NCBI GenBank assembly: GCA_014905635.1
Contig: CM026547.1
Location: 4,340,001-4,404,000 of the forward strand
Reading direction: 5' to 3'
Source of the DNA: Scenedesmus sp. PABB004
Lineage: Eukaryota
DNA length: 64,000 nt
Part shown: piece by piece, positions 46,906 to 58,919 of the stretch
Numbering within the stretch: position 1 is the stretch's first letter
How the letters are laid out: each line of letters opens with the position of its first letter
Notes under the pieces: generated by a model
What the model was told of the DNA's origin: nothing
The model's input: only the letters and a program-made list of their open reading frames with translations
Databases searched by the model: none
Position numbers and translations under genes: made by a program

Positions 46906-48083
46906 TCACAGCGCGAGGAGCCCCGCCGCCGGGCGCAGGAGCGGGGCGCACGCGGCGCCCCAGGTGGCGACGCTGTGCTGCGTGCGCGCGACCGCGATGG
47001 CCTGAATCTCAAGCTCCAGCTCCTGCAGCTGAGCCACCAGTCCCGACAGGCGCGCGCGCGTGCTGGCGGCCAGCTCCGCCGCGCCGGCGCCCGCCGGCGC
47101 GGCGGCGGCGGCGGGCGCGCCCCACGCGCCCGCCGTCGCGGCGTGGTGCAGGTTGGAGCTGAGCGCGCCCGCCGCCGCGAGCTGCTGCCCGATCAGCAGG
47201 TCCAGGCTGGCCTCGGCGGCGGGCCCGCCCAGGCTGGGCGCCGCGCCGAGGGCGCACTCCATGCGCTCGAGCTCCGCCTCCAGCCACGCCAGCTGCTCGT
47301 CGCCGGCCGGCCGGCACCAGGCCTCAGCCAGGGCGGCGGCGGCCGCGTCCGCGCTCAGCGCTGCGCTGCTGCTCGCGGCGGCCGCGGGCGCGCCGCCTCC
47401 CCAGTCGGCGCCCCAGGCGGCGCCGGACTCCTCCGACACGCACGTCGTGGCGCTGGGGCTCGCGGCCGCGCACGCGGCGTGGCCGCCCGGCCAGGCGCCC
47501 ACGGGCGAGGACGTGGCGGCAGGCCCGCTGGCCGCCGCCGCCGCCGCCGCCTCGGGCGCGCCCTCGAACGACTGGCAGGGCGCCGCCCGCCCGCGCTGGG
47601 GGCGGCAGGGGTGCCCGGTGTGGCGCAGGCGCTCGAGCGCCTCGCTGTTGGCGCGCTTCTTGAGCAGGCTCGCGCGGCAGCTGCGCTTGGCGCCGTCAAA
47701 GCACGACAGCGCCTGCAGCTTGCCGCACTGCTGGCAGAAGCGCCAGCGCTCGTCGCTGCCGGCGATGCACAGCGAGTCCGCCGCGAGGTGAGCGGGGCAG
47801 AGGCGGCGCTTGCGGCAGTAGGGCTTGTCGCTCGCGGCCAGGTCGGCCCCGCAGCCGGCGGCCTGTGGGGACGGCGCGGGACGGGCGGCCTCTCAGCAGG
47901 CACGCGCGCGCGCGGCGCTGCTGCCCGCAGCCCGCGCGGGACGGGCGTGCGACGGACAGCGCCAGCAAGCGCGCGGCACAGCTGCCGCCGCCGCGGCCGC
48001 CGCGGCCGCCCCTGCAGTCGGCGGCGCACCTGGCAGAGGACCGTCCCGCGCCGTGTGGTGCTCGACGCGCTGCGGCGGACCAT
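46906..48083 (-). CDS. SBP-box (SQUAMOSA promoter-binding-like) transcription factor, 2 exons
   Basis: CQ/AAGCGADLAASDKPYCRKRRLCPAHLAADSLCIAGSDERWRFCQQCGKLQALSCFDGAKRSCRASL is an SBP zinc-binding domain. Confidence 0.93.
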
Positions 48084-48873
48084 GGCCTCCTGCGGACCTG
48101 CGCGGTCCAGGGCGCGGCGAGAAGGGTCAGCCGCCGACCCACGGCGCCCAGCGGCGCGCGCGCCGCGCCTGCGCGCGCCGGGCCCCGGCCATCGGCGCGG
48201 GCGCCCGCCACGCCCGCTCTGGCGCGCCGCGCCGCCGCTGCAGCCCCCGGGCGGCCGACAGCCACGCCCCCTGAGCACGCACCGGGCTAGGATGATGGAG
48301 GCGCGCTGCGCACGGCGCTCTCGCGTGCGGCGGGAAGCGCCGCCTCCGCGCCTCGTGCAGCGGGCTAGGGGGTCGCTGAAGGGGGTCTCTGACCGCCGCC
48401 GGGGCGCGCGGGAAGGGGGAGCGGCGTCGCGGCGCGCTGCCGTGTGAAAGCCCTGCCGGAGCCTCACGCTGGGATACGCAAGCTCGCGGGGATCCGCCCC
48501 TGTGGTTGTCTGGCCCCGCTGCCTGTGCGGGAGCCGCTGATCGCCGCCGCTCTTGAGCATGGGCGACGCCTGGGCGCGCCCGGGCGCGAGTGTAACCGGC
48601 GGCGGCTGACGCCGTAAGCCTCGACCTAACCAGCGCGCGGCAGCGCGACGCTTGCACGCCCGCCAGCCCGGGGCGCCTGCGACGCGCTGTCCGGACCGGT
48701 CGTGTGCCTGCAACTGCACCCGCGCTGCAGGACGTTGGGCGTCGGCACAACCGGCCACCGCGACGGGCGGCGCCGCCGCGTCGCGCGCTGCTCCGGGCTG
48801 CGGCGCCCAACGTCCGCTGGACCTGAATCTCGCTTGGCCTGAGTCACGCCAACCTTGCGCCAGCTGGAGGAGG

Positions 48874-49272
48874 CGCGTGCGCGTGGGCCGCCCTGCGACG
48901 GGCGGTCAGGGCGGTGCGACGGGCCGTCGCCGACGGCCGCGGCAGATGGGCCCGTGTGCGGGGCTGCGCCCGCGCCCGCGGCGCAGGCGGCGCCGTCGGT
49001 CATGCCGGCCGCGGCGCAGACCGCCTCACCTCTCCCGGCGGGCGTAACCCTCACCGCGCTGCCGCTCACGCGGCGCGTACGGGCCCGTCAGCCGCGGTCG
49101 CGGGGTGGGTGCGTGGTGGCGTCGGCGCGGCTGGTGTGCGCGCCGGCGCGCGGGCGGCGGTGCGCCGGCGGCGCTCGCGGCGGCCGAGCACGGGTCGACC
49201 GTGCCGCGTCGGCGCGCGCGGAGGCCTCTCTTGCTTGTGCCGGCGCCGTCGAGCTGGTCGGCGCGTGCGCGC
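48874..49272 (+). repeat. Dispersed ~400-bp repeat, copy A (reverse complement of 54037-54428)
   Basis: Long shared blocks, e.g. GTCGGTCATGCCGGCCGCGGCGCAGACCGCCTCACC, GTACGGGCCCGTCAGCCGCGGTCGCGGGGTGGGTGCGTGGTGGCGTCG and GGCCTCTCTTGCTTGTG. Confidence 0.9.
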
Positions 49273-51208
49273 GCTCGCTCCCACCTCGTGTTTACTCACA
49301 GTCGGCACAACCGTCCCAACCAAGCCCGCCACAGCCAAGCCCAGCCAAGCCCGCCACAGGGATTCATATATGAACGTACATAGCGCGGCGCACGCGGGCC
49401 GCCGCCGGCAAGCCGTGAGGCCGCCAAAGACCTCGAGCGGCGCAGGTCAAGCGCCGCTCTGCATGCACACACTTGCCTTTTGTGGTCAAACAACCGTGCC
49501 GGGAGCTGGCAGTCCCGCCAGATGAAAATAACCACTACACAAGAGCAGCGTCGCGCTGCAGCCCCACACGCCAGCCCTGGTGCGCCCAGAGTGGGACACA
49601 CGGGCCTAGCAAGAAACAACAAGCGCCGCCGCGCGCGCAGCCGGGGCGTAGCGGCGCGGCGCACAATCAAGCGGCAGCCCCCCCCCCCTGCCACTGCCCT
49701 CTCCGGGGCTTCCCCCACTTGCCGGTGGCGTGGAGCACAGCGCGATGCAGGGTGTGAGGGCAGCAAAACATGACATGATGGTGTGGTCACGCGCCCCTGC
49801 CGCCATCATTGCCGGTGGCACGGGGCGGCGTCGAGCGTGGTGCGGCCCAGCCCCAGCGCGGCAACGGGCCTGCAGCCGGCGCGCCGTCGGCGAGGGCGCG
49901 CGGCGCTGCGCCGCTGCCGCGCAGCGGCTGGGCGCGTGTGACGGGTGGCGTCAGCCAGACCAAGTGAAGAAGGCGCAGTGAAGTAGCGGCATGCATGCGT
50001 ACCGCGCAGTGCACGCGTGCCACGTGAGCGGCACGTGGTGCATCGCGCAACGAAGCAGTGACTGCGGTGGTGGGTTTCCACCATGGGTGGCCACCACCAT
50101 TGTGGAAGCCGGCGGGCGGCAACAGCGCCACGCCCCGAGCGAGGGTGGCGAGGCCACGCCGCCGGCCAACATGGCGCGCGCGCGCCGCATGAGAGCCAGC
50201 CCTCCGTGCCGCCACCGTGGTTGGCTGGCCACGGCGGCTGTGCACGCATGCCCTGACTAGCCAGCCGACGCGGCACACGTGTGGCACGCGTCGGCCGGGA
50301 ACGCTCTGGAACACTCTCCGCACACTCTTGTTCACCCCTGGTAACGCCCTTCTTCCACTCTCCGCACACTCTTGTGTTGTGCACACAGCCAGGTGTGTCG
50401 CTCGCCGGGCACACCCGAGGCGCCCGTCATCGTCGGGGGAACCTGACCTAACGGAGGCCGCGCTCAGCTCGCGCAGTGTCGGTGCCTCGGGCAGCCTCGT
50501 CGTCGTGCACATGCAGCCAGCCCCCCCCCCTCTCCCCCCTGAAGGTCGGTGCGCGGCCAGCGCAGCCAGTGCAGTCAGCGCAGCCAGCAGGTGGGGCCCT
50601 CGGGCCGAGCGGGCTGCGACCAGACCCAGCGCCGGCCCCTGCGTGGGGTGGCAGCGATCAGGTTGTGTTGGGTGGAGCATGCGGTGTTGGTGGCGGGGTG
50701 ATGGATGGCAGCACGAGCGCCGGAGCGCGTGCGCGCGTGGGACCCCCCGGCTTGCCCAGCAAGCCGGGGGGAGAGTGAGCGCGTGTGAGTGTGTGTGTGC
50801 AGCCAGCACAGCACATCCATCCATCCAGCAGCTCCAAGGCCTCGAGTTGAGTTGGCACAGGCTGTGCCGCGCCGGACCAGACCAGAGACGGGCGCTGCGC
50901 ACAAAGTGCAATGCGTGTGCAGCAGCACAGACGGACCAAAGCATTGCCGCAGCAGGCCAGCCACGAGGGACTGCGGTAAGAGCAAGAAGGGCAAGGAGGG
51001 CGACGACGGTAGAAGGTGAGCAGACGCGTGCGCGTTCAAAAGTGCAAAGTGCTGGCGCGCGCGCCGCTGGTCAACGGGGCGCTGCCGGCTCCGCATGCAC
51101 CAGTCGTGTGCGCCCCGCACACGCGGTGTGCGCACGTGAGCACACCCTGATGTCGCCAAGCAGCAGGAAAGCAAAGAAGACACCACCACGCCGCGGGCCA
51201 AAGTGCGC

Positions 51209-51211
<3 letters not shown>

Positions 51212-51254
<43 letters not shown>
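51212..51254. repeat. (GT)n microsatellite
   Basis: Perfect GT run. Confidence 0.95.
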
Positions 51255-51256
<2 letters not shown>

Positions 51257-51815
51257 TATTCGCGTGCTGCCTATAGGCTGGTGCAGCACGCACCGCGCGT
51301 GTTGGCCGCCCCCGCGACGCCGCCAGCCGCGGCTGGCCAGGGGCGTGGCCTCGCTGCTCCAACTCCCCCAAAGCGCGCGAGCACACACGCACACTGCTGA
51401 ACGTGCCCGAGTTGGAACGCCCCTGTGCCCAAGTTGTAACGACGGGCGCTGTCTCCTGTTTTAGGAACCAAGTTGCTTGCAGTGGTAAGCTGCAAGAATG
51501 CAAAGACAGATTCGCCATCACAGCCCTTTGCCTCGGTGCCGCCGCTGCGTGCGCGTGCGGCTCCGGTGCGCAAAGCTGGGGCGCGTGCATTTGCGCACAG
51601 CGCATCAACAGCGACGACGACCCCGCTGCGACGTCTGCCGCAGCGAGCCGCCGTGTGGCGGCCGCCCTATCACAGTGCCGTTCGTAAAGGCGCCGGCCAA
51701 AGGCAGTTGATGGCCGGGGGTCATGAGTTGAGAAGAGGGCAGCCGCGTACGGCACACATCTGCACTGCTCCGCCGACGCTGAGGGAGGCATGCGCCCTCC
51801 AGGTCGGGGCCCTCG

Positions 51816-53360
51816 TCAGACGCCCGCGCGGCCCGCCCACGCGGCGGCGAGCGCGGCCGCCGCGCCGGCGCGGGCCGGCAGGCTGGCGCCGCGCGCCAGC
51901 GGCGCGGCCAGCGCCGCGGCCGCGACGCCGGGGTGCCCGGCGGGGCGCGGCTGCAGGGTGAAGCTGCGCGGCAGCGGCGGCGGGGCAGCGTGCGGGACGC
52001 CGATCCCCGCCGCCGCCTCGCGGAGCTGGTGAATCTCAGCGAGCATTTCGTGCAGCTCGCTGAACTGCTCGCGCAGCGCCTGCATCTTGGTGCGCACGCC
52101 GTTGCAGGCGCCGCGCGCGGCCGCGACGAGCGCGCTGCTGGGCAGGGCCGCGGCCAGCACGGCCGCGACTGCAGGGTCCACCTCCACGCCGCCCGCCGCC
52201 ACCTCGGCGGGCTGCTGCGGGCGCGGCGCGACGCCCCCGAGCGGGGGCACCGCGCTCAGGCTGCGCAGCAGCCCCGCGGCGTCGGCGGTCGCCGCCGCGA
52301 CGGCCTGCTGGTGGCGCAGCAGCTCCACCGCGCTCGCCGAGAGGCACTTGTCCAGGCTGCCGGCCATGCGCAGCTCGCGCTCGATCATGCCGGCCAGGTC
52401 GGCCGCGTCGCTGCTGGCGCCGCAGGTGCTGCTGCTGCAGGCGCTCGGGCTGTTGCGCTCGTCCTCGAGCGCGCCCTCCAGCTCCTCGCGCAGCAGCAGC
52501 TCCAGCTCGTCGGCCTGCTCCACCGGCGACAGCGCGCGCCCGGCCGGGCCCGCGGCCGGGCTCGCGCGGCGCGGCGGGGCGCCGCCGACCGTCGGTGCAG
52601 CCGCGCCGGCCGCCGCGGACAGGACGGAGCCCTCCTGCGAGCCGTTGCCGGCCGCTGGCGCCGCCGCACGCGGCTCGCACCACGCCGCCGCGAGCGCGGC
52701 CGCGACGGCCGTCGCCGCGCTGTCGGCCGCCGGCGCGCGCGCCAGGCTGGGCGCGGGCGCGGCGGGCTCGTCGCGGGGGCGCGCCGCCTGGGCGTCGGTC
52801 ATGGCGCTGTCAAAGATAACGAGCGGCCGGGGGCGCTGCCGCCGGCTAGTGGCCTGCGACCCGCCGCCGCGCTCGAGGCGGAACGCGTCGTCGCCGCTGC
52901 CCCGCCGGCGCTCCAGGCTGGTGCGGCAGCTCCTGCGTCACGCGGCGGCGCAACCAAGGTCAGGGCGTGCTCCCACCCGACGCGCTGCCAGCGCGCGCCG
53001 CGCCGCGCGCGCGAGCCGCTGCGCACCGCTTGTTGCCCTCAAACGAGGTGAGCGGCTCCAGCCTGCCGCACTGCTGGCAAAACCTCCAGAGCCGGTGGGC
53101 GCTGCCGCCGCAGTGCACCGCCGGCGCCTGGCGCGGGGGCGGTCGGCAGCCGGCGCGTGCGCGGCGTCGGCGCGCGCGCCGCTGCATCGCGCGCGGGGCC
53201 CACAGCTGGCGCCCAGTGCCCTACTCACCCGCACGTGCGCCGGGCAGATGTGCTTCTTGAGGTTGTAGGGCTTGCCGAGGCTCGCCAGGTCGACCTCGCA
53301 GCCGACGACGCAGCAGCGCGTGCTGCCCTCGCCCTGTCTCGCGCCCCCCTTGCGCGTCAT
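51816..53360 (-). CDS. SBP-box transcription factor (paralog of 46906-48083), 3 exons
   Basis: CCVVGCEVDLASLGKPYNLKKHICPAHVR/APAVHCGGSAHRLWRFCQQCGRLEPLTSFEGNKR/SCRTSL. Confidence 0.92.
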
Positions 53361-54036
53361 GCCGGTTGCTTGTGCGCGCAGTGTATCTGCGGTACGGCAC
53401 CCCGGCGGGGGCGGGCGGCGGCGGAGGGCGCGTGGGCGGCCGCTCACGACTCGGCGATGCCGGCCGACGCCCCACCCAGGCGGCGCCGGGTCCCAGCGGC
53501 GCGGCTACGGCCCTCTGGAGTCTCAGCGGCCGACCCGCGCTGCACGCCGAGCCCCGGCGCGACACGCATGCGCCGCGCCACGGCCCCTCTCCGCTGGCCG
53601 GCGCGGCCGGGCCGCAACGCGCGGCCGCACGCACCTGGAACGCTATGTGTGGTCTACACGAGCGGCGCCCGCAATCATGGGCAGCGCCGTGCCGCTGGCT
53701 TGCGTTGAGCCTGCTGCCCGCGGTGCTATGCGTGTGCGTTGGTGGTGTCGTGTGCACGTATGCGGTGGCGCTGGACTTGTCGGAGCGAATGAGCGGCGGC
53801 GGGGGCGCGGCAGAGACACAACGGGCCGGGGTGCGCGATCCGCTTCCTTCGGTGCAAGCTCCGACCCTGCCCCGGGTGAGCCTCGCACAGCGGCCGCGCC
53901 TGTGAGGGTGGTGGTGGTTCACACCGGGAGCCGATCGGTGGCGCCGTTTTGCGGCCTGCCGCGGTCGGGCGGCGGAGTTCCTGCCCTCCGCCTGCGGGAG
54001 GCTCGCTGTGACGCGGGCGCTCGCGTGCGCGCGGCC

Positions 54037-54428
54037 CCGCGCGCACGCGCTCCCCCCGTCTACGGTGTCCCCACAAGCAAGAGAGGCCCCCGCGAGCGCC
54101 GAATCGGTACGGTCGGCCCGCGCTCGGCCGCCGCGAGCCGCCGGCGCACCGCCGCCCGCATGCCGGCGCGCACACCAGCCGCGCCAGCGACGCCACCACG
54201 CACCCACCCCGCGACCGCGGCTGACGGGCCCGTACTAGCGCCGCGCGAGCGGCAGCACGGTGAGGGTTACACCCGCGGGAGAGCGGTGAGGCGGTCTGCG
54301 CCGCGGCCGGCATGACCGACCGCGCCGCCTGCGCCGCGGGCGCGGGCGCAGCCCCGCACACGGTCTCAGCTGCCGCCGCCGTCGCCACCGCCCCGACCGC
54401 CCGCTGCAGGGCGGCCCACGCGCACGCA
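54037..54428 (-). repeat. Dispersed ~400-bp repeat, copy B (inverted relative to copy A)
   Basis: Reverse complement aligns by eye to 48874-49272 with scattered substitutions and indels. Confidence 0.9.
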
Positions 54429-54598
54429 GTCGTCGGGAGGTGCGGCGCGAGCGCGCGCCGAGCAGTCGGGCGCCGGCACGCCCGACAGCCCGCCAGGCTC
54501 CTGGCCCTCTCGACGGGGTGCACGCGGCGGCGGACCGGCGCCCGTGTCGCCCGCTCTGGCCGCGCCGGGGCTGCAGCCGCCGCCGCGCCCGGGCGCCG

Positions 54599-55348
54599 TC
54601 ACGCCGCGCCGCGCGTGCCCAGCAGCAGGTCGAAGAGCGTCGAGCTGATGCCAAAGCCGGCGCCGTGGTCGGCGTAGTGGTGCGCCGCGTGGCGCGCGCG
54701 CAGCTCCGCGAGCAGCCCCCAGCGCAGGGCGCGGGCGCCGGCGTGGTGCATCGCGTAGTGGAGGCAGTCGTAGGCCACGTAGCCGAGCACCACCCCCGCC
54801 ATGAGAGCCGTCGCGGCGGGCGGCGGCAGCGCGGCGCGCAGCGCGCCGTAGATGCCGCCCGCGATCGCCGCCGCGGGGAGCGGCGGGAAGACGAGCCGCG
54901 CCGCGTCCTTGGGGAACTTGTGGTGATTGCCGTGGAAGAGAAAGTGCAGCGTGATGCCCGCGGCGCTGCTCACGCGCGCGTGGAAGAGCCAGCGGTGGAT
55001 CGCATACTCCAGCGCCTGCCACAGCGCGACGCCGGCGAGCTGCGCCGCCGCGAGCTGCGCGGGGCGCAGTCCGTGGCGCGACACCGCGGCCGCGCAGAGC
55101 GCCGCCCACGCGGGGAGCCACAGCAGCGGCACGACCCACCAGGGGCAGCGCGTCAGGTTCTCCAGCAGCGGGCTCGCGAAGAAGCGCGGCGCGCCCGGCA
55201 GCGGCCGGTGCACCCACGCCCAGTAGCGCGGGCCGAGGCGCCCCACCGCCGCCACGAGCGGCGCCGCGGGGTCGGGGTCGTCCGGCGGCGCCGCGGCGTC
55301 GGGGGCGGCCGGCCGCTCGCTGCCCGCCGCGCGAGCAGCGCCGGCCAT
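54599..55348 (-). CDS. FAH: Sphingolipid fatty acid 2-hydroxylase (plant FAH type, no cytochrome b5 domain), intronless
   Basis: LENLTRCPWWVVPLLWLP, His boxes EYAIHRWLFH, HFLFHGNHHKFPKD, YDCLHYAMHH and HAAHHY, then GFGISSTLFDLLLGT. Confidence 0.93.
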   Translation of the reverse strand: MAGAARAAGSERPAAPDAAAPPDDPDPAAPLVAAVGRLGPRYWAWVHRPLPGAPRFFASPLLENLTRCPWWVVPLLWLPAWAALCAAAVSRHGLRPAQLAAAQLAGVALWQALEYAIHRWLFHARVSSAAGITLHFLFHGNHHKFPKDAARLVFPPLPAAAIAGGIYGALRAALPPPAATALMAGVVLGYVAYDCLHYAMHHAGARALRWGLLAELRARHAAHHYADHGAGFGISSTLFDLLLGTRGAA

Positions 55349-55872
55349 CGCCGCCGCGCGGCGACGCGCCCGCTGACGCCGCCGCCGGGCCGGTGGCGAG
55401 CGGGCTGCTGCCGTGTGGGTGTGGCGCGCGCCGCCGCCGCGCCGGGCCGCCACCGCGCGTCTGCGGGGCCCGCCGCGCGCTGCTGCGGCGGTTGGCGCTG
55501 CCGCGGCGACTGATGGCAGCGTCTGATGGATGGCAGGCTGGTGGATCCGGGAGAGCGCGGCGGGCGGGGGGCAGCGGCGGCGAGAGAGCAGCGCGCGGCG
55601 GGCGGGCGAGCGTTAGTCTGCTGCTCGCGGGCGCTGCTCGCGATCAGGCGCGCTCGTTGCTCTTCAGCTGGGGCTGCGTGCTGGAAAGGTCTGTGGCAGG
55701 AGCGCACGGGGCAGCTCAGGCAAGGCGGCGGACGCACGGCAGTCGCGCGGGCGCGCGCGGTTGAGCATGCGTCTCGCGTGCCGCGCGGCGCTGCTCGCTG
55801 CGGGCCCGGGCTCACAGGCCGGCACCTCCGCTGCCCGCTCGGCACGCTCATCGCACCTCGTCTCGGCGGCGC

Positions 55873-57857
55873 ATGGCCGCGCCAGCGAAGCAACGGCCGG
55901 TCGGCGAAAAGCGCGCCGCCGTGCGTGCCTTCACAGTGGCCGATGCCGCCGCCACGGGCGCCAGTGAGCTGTACCTGGTCTCCCGGAAGCTGCAGCAGCT
56001 GCCTCCGGGTGCGCGCGGCGGGTGCGCGCGGCGGTCAAGGCTGGCACCGCCGCGCTTGACCGCGTGCGCCTTAAACAAGGACGCGCCGCAGGCCTGTCGG
56101 CGCTCCGGGCGCTGGCGGTGCTGGACGTGAGCGACAACCCGCTGGAGGCCGTCGGCGGGCTGCCGCCCGGGCTGCGCGAGCTCGCGCTGACGGGGTGCCG
56201 CCTGGCGGCGCTCCCGCGCTGCCTCGCCGCGCTCACCGGCCTGCGCGAGCTGCGCGCGGCGGCCAACGGCCTGGCCGACGCGGGCGCGCTCCTGGGGTGC
56301 GCGGCGTTGCAGCACGCGGGGCTCGCGCACAACTCGCTCTCCCGGCTCGTCGGCGCCGGGGCGCCGGCGCCGCCGCCGCGCGGCGCGCTTCCGGCGCTCG
56401 TGTCGCTCGACCTCAGCCACAACGACGTCACCGACCTCGCGCCGCTGCTGGGCGAGCTGGCGGAGCTGGGCCCGCCACTGCGGAGCCTGGCCCTGGCGGG
56501 CTGCCCCGCCGCGCTGGCGCCCGACTATAGGGCGCGCGTGCTCGCGGCACTGCCGCACCTGCAGTACCTCGACAGCCAGAAGCTGGACTGCAGCGCGGCC
56601 GCCGCTGACCCGCAGCAGCCCGCGGTCGCCGGCCACCTGGCGCCGGGTGGCGAGCCGCCGTGTGCGCACGTGCTGCTGGAGCTGAGCCGGCTCGCGCTCG
56701 CCGAGTCGGCGGAGCAACCCTGCTCGGAGGGGGCGAGCCAGCCCGCCCGGCAGCTGGACGGCGGCGCCGCCGCAGCGGGCGCAGCAAGCAGCCAGCAGGG
56801 CGCAGCAGCAGCAGCGGCACCGGCACCAGCGCTGCGCAGGCCTGTCACCCTCCACCTCGAGCTGGCCGGCCCCGACGGTACGGTCCCGGCCGCTGTCGCA
56901 CCGCATGCCGGCAGCAGGCATGACGCCGGACGGCGCCCCGCCGCGCCGCAGGCGCCGAGCTGTGCAGCACCGCACTGGCGGTGCCGCCGCCGCACGCCGC
57001 GCCGGAGCAGCCGGCGCACGTGGCGGCGGCGGCGGCCGCCGCTGGTGACGCCAGGCAGAAGGCCGGGGCACGGCCCAGCAAGCCGCCGCCCAGCGCCAAG
57101 GGCCGGCCAGGTGGGGGCGCCGCGGAGGCCGCTGGCGCCGCGCGCTCTGCGGCGCGGCGCCACGTTGACACACGCGCGCCGCCGCGCCGCCGCCCTGTGC
57201 CCAGGCTCCTCGGTGGCGCGCGGCGGCAGCGGCGCAAAGGCACACGATGCCGCGGGCACGGCCGCACCGCCGCTCGCGCCGGGGCGGCTGCGGGCGGTGC
57301 TGCCGCTGCCGGCGTCGGTCGCCGGCCGGGACTGGCTGCGGCGGGGCTTTATGGTGCGGCTCGTGGCAACGCGCTACGAGCAAGGGCAGGCCCTTGCTGC
57401 AGACGCGCCTGTCGGTGGCCAGCAGCCGGCCGGCGCGCCGCCGCCGCCGCCAGAGCCAGGGGCTGGGCCCGCGAGCGGCCCGCCCGCCAGGCGGCCGCGG
57501 TCGGGGCGCAGCAGCGCCGTCGGCGCCAACGCTGCTGCTGCGCCCGCGTGCGCTGGCGAGCCCGGCGTGGATGCCGCGCCGGCGTGCTGGGTGTCGCGGC
57601 AGCAGGTGCTGGGCACCGCGCGCATCGCGGCGCCCGGCCTGCTGGCCGCGCCGCAGCCGGGCGCGCCGGCGCTCGTGGTCGAGGGCGACGCCGCGTTCCT
57701 GCCGCCGCCGCCGCTGCTGAGCGCGGCGGGGACGCTGCTGCCGCTGAAGGCCGCGCGCGCGGGGCTGGCGCCGGTGGGCAGCTGCCGCTGGCGGCTGGCG
57801 CTGCTGCGCGGCGGCGCGGACGGAAGCGGCGGCGGCGGCGCGCCGGCGGGGGCGTGA
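55873..57857 (+). CDS. SDS22-like leucine-rich-repeat protein with LRRcap, multi-exon
   Basis: LAVLDVSDNPL, LRELRAAANGL, LQHAGLAHNSL, LVSLDLSHNDV, then the cap motif DYRARVLAALPHLQYLD. Confidence 0.8.
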
Positions 57858-57906
57858 GAGCGGCGCGTGCGGCGCGTGGTGGGTTTCAACAACGCGTCCG
57901 CCAGCG

Positions 57907-58702
57907 TCAGCTGCCGTCCGCGTCCGCCCCCACGCCCGCCGGCAGCAGCGCGGCCACGACGCTGCGGCCCTCGTCGTTCAAAAAGTTGAAGTAGGACAGC
58001 GCGTTGCGCTGCGGACGCGGCGGCAAGCGGCGGACGCGGACGCGGCGGCGTGCGCCGCGACCGGGCGCGCCGTGAGGGTCGGGGGCGGGCGGGCCGCCAC
58101 GCGCCCGCGCGACCGCGCCGCCGGCGGCGCGCACCGTGTCGAGCACCTCGGCCGCGATGCCGCGCGCCGCGAGGTGCGCCGCGAGGTGCGCGGGCAGGCG
58201 TCGCATCGCCGCGCCGCAGCCGAGCACGAGCACCTCTGGCGGCGGGTCGACCAGGTCGAGCACGGCAAGCGCGGCGGGCGTGACGTCGGCAAAGGCCGCC
58301 ACGTCCCAGAGCAGCCAGCTCTCCGGCAGGCACAGCACCGCGCCCTCGGCCTGCACGCCGTTGATAAGAAAGGCGTGCGGCAGGTAGCTGCGGGGGCGGG
58401 GAGTGTGCGGCGGCGCGGGCCGGCGGTCGGCGCGGTCGGTCGGTGCCCGCGCGGGCGGGGCGCCGGCCGGGCGGCGCGGCGCGGCGCGCACCCCTGCAGC
58501 TTGGTCTTGCCGGTCTCGGGGGCGATGACGCTGGACAGCGTCGACGCGGCGCGCCTGCGCGGGGCGGGCGCGCGTGCTCGCGCTGCTGCTGCGGCTGCCG
58601 GCGCCGCGCCGCGTGCCGCGCCGGGGAGGCCAGGGACGCTGCTGCTCACCGCTGCTGTTGCTGCCAGGCCGCCGCGCCCGGTTGCAGCAGGCGCCGCAGC
58701 AT
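57907..58702 (-). CDS. NDUFAF3: Mth938/DUF498 protein, complex I assembly factor NDUFAF3-like, multi-exon
   Basis: FLINGVQAEGAVLCLPESWLLWDV, PPPEVLVLGCG and GIAAEVLDT/RNALSYFNFLNDEGRSVVAALLP, with a presequence-like MLRRLLQ start. Confidence 0.88.
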
Positions 58703-58919
58703 CGCGGCGCCGCGGCAGCGGCAGCAGCGGCGGCGTACGGCGGCGCGGCGGCGCCGGGCGGCGGGCGGCGGATCGGTGTGGTGCCCCGCCCGAGGACGCC
58801 AGGCGCTGGCTAAAACGCGTGCGCCTCCCGACCTGCTTGGGCGCTGCGACCTAACTCGTCCCCGCCCTCGGCGCCGCCGCTCCCGCTCGCTCAGGCCCTC
58901 CCGACGACCGGTTCCGCTC

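Noticed and set aside
49300..51800. ORFs in the lower-GC interval between the SBP genes
   Set aside because: No recognisable motifs or coding-like codon pattern; they run through microsatellites and are probably UTR or intergenic sequence
56878..57143. Apparent frameshifts in the LRR gene
   Set aside because: Explained by ordinary GT-AG introns (e.g. 56878-56951)
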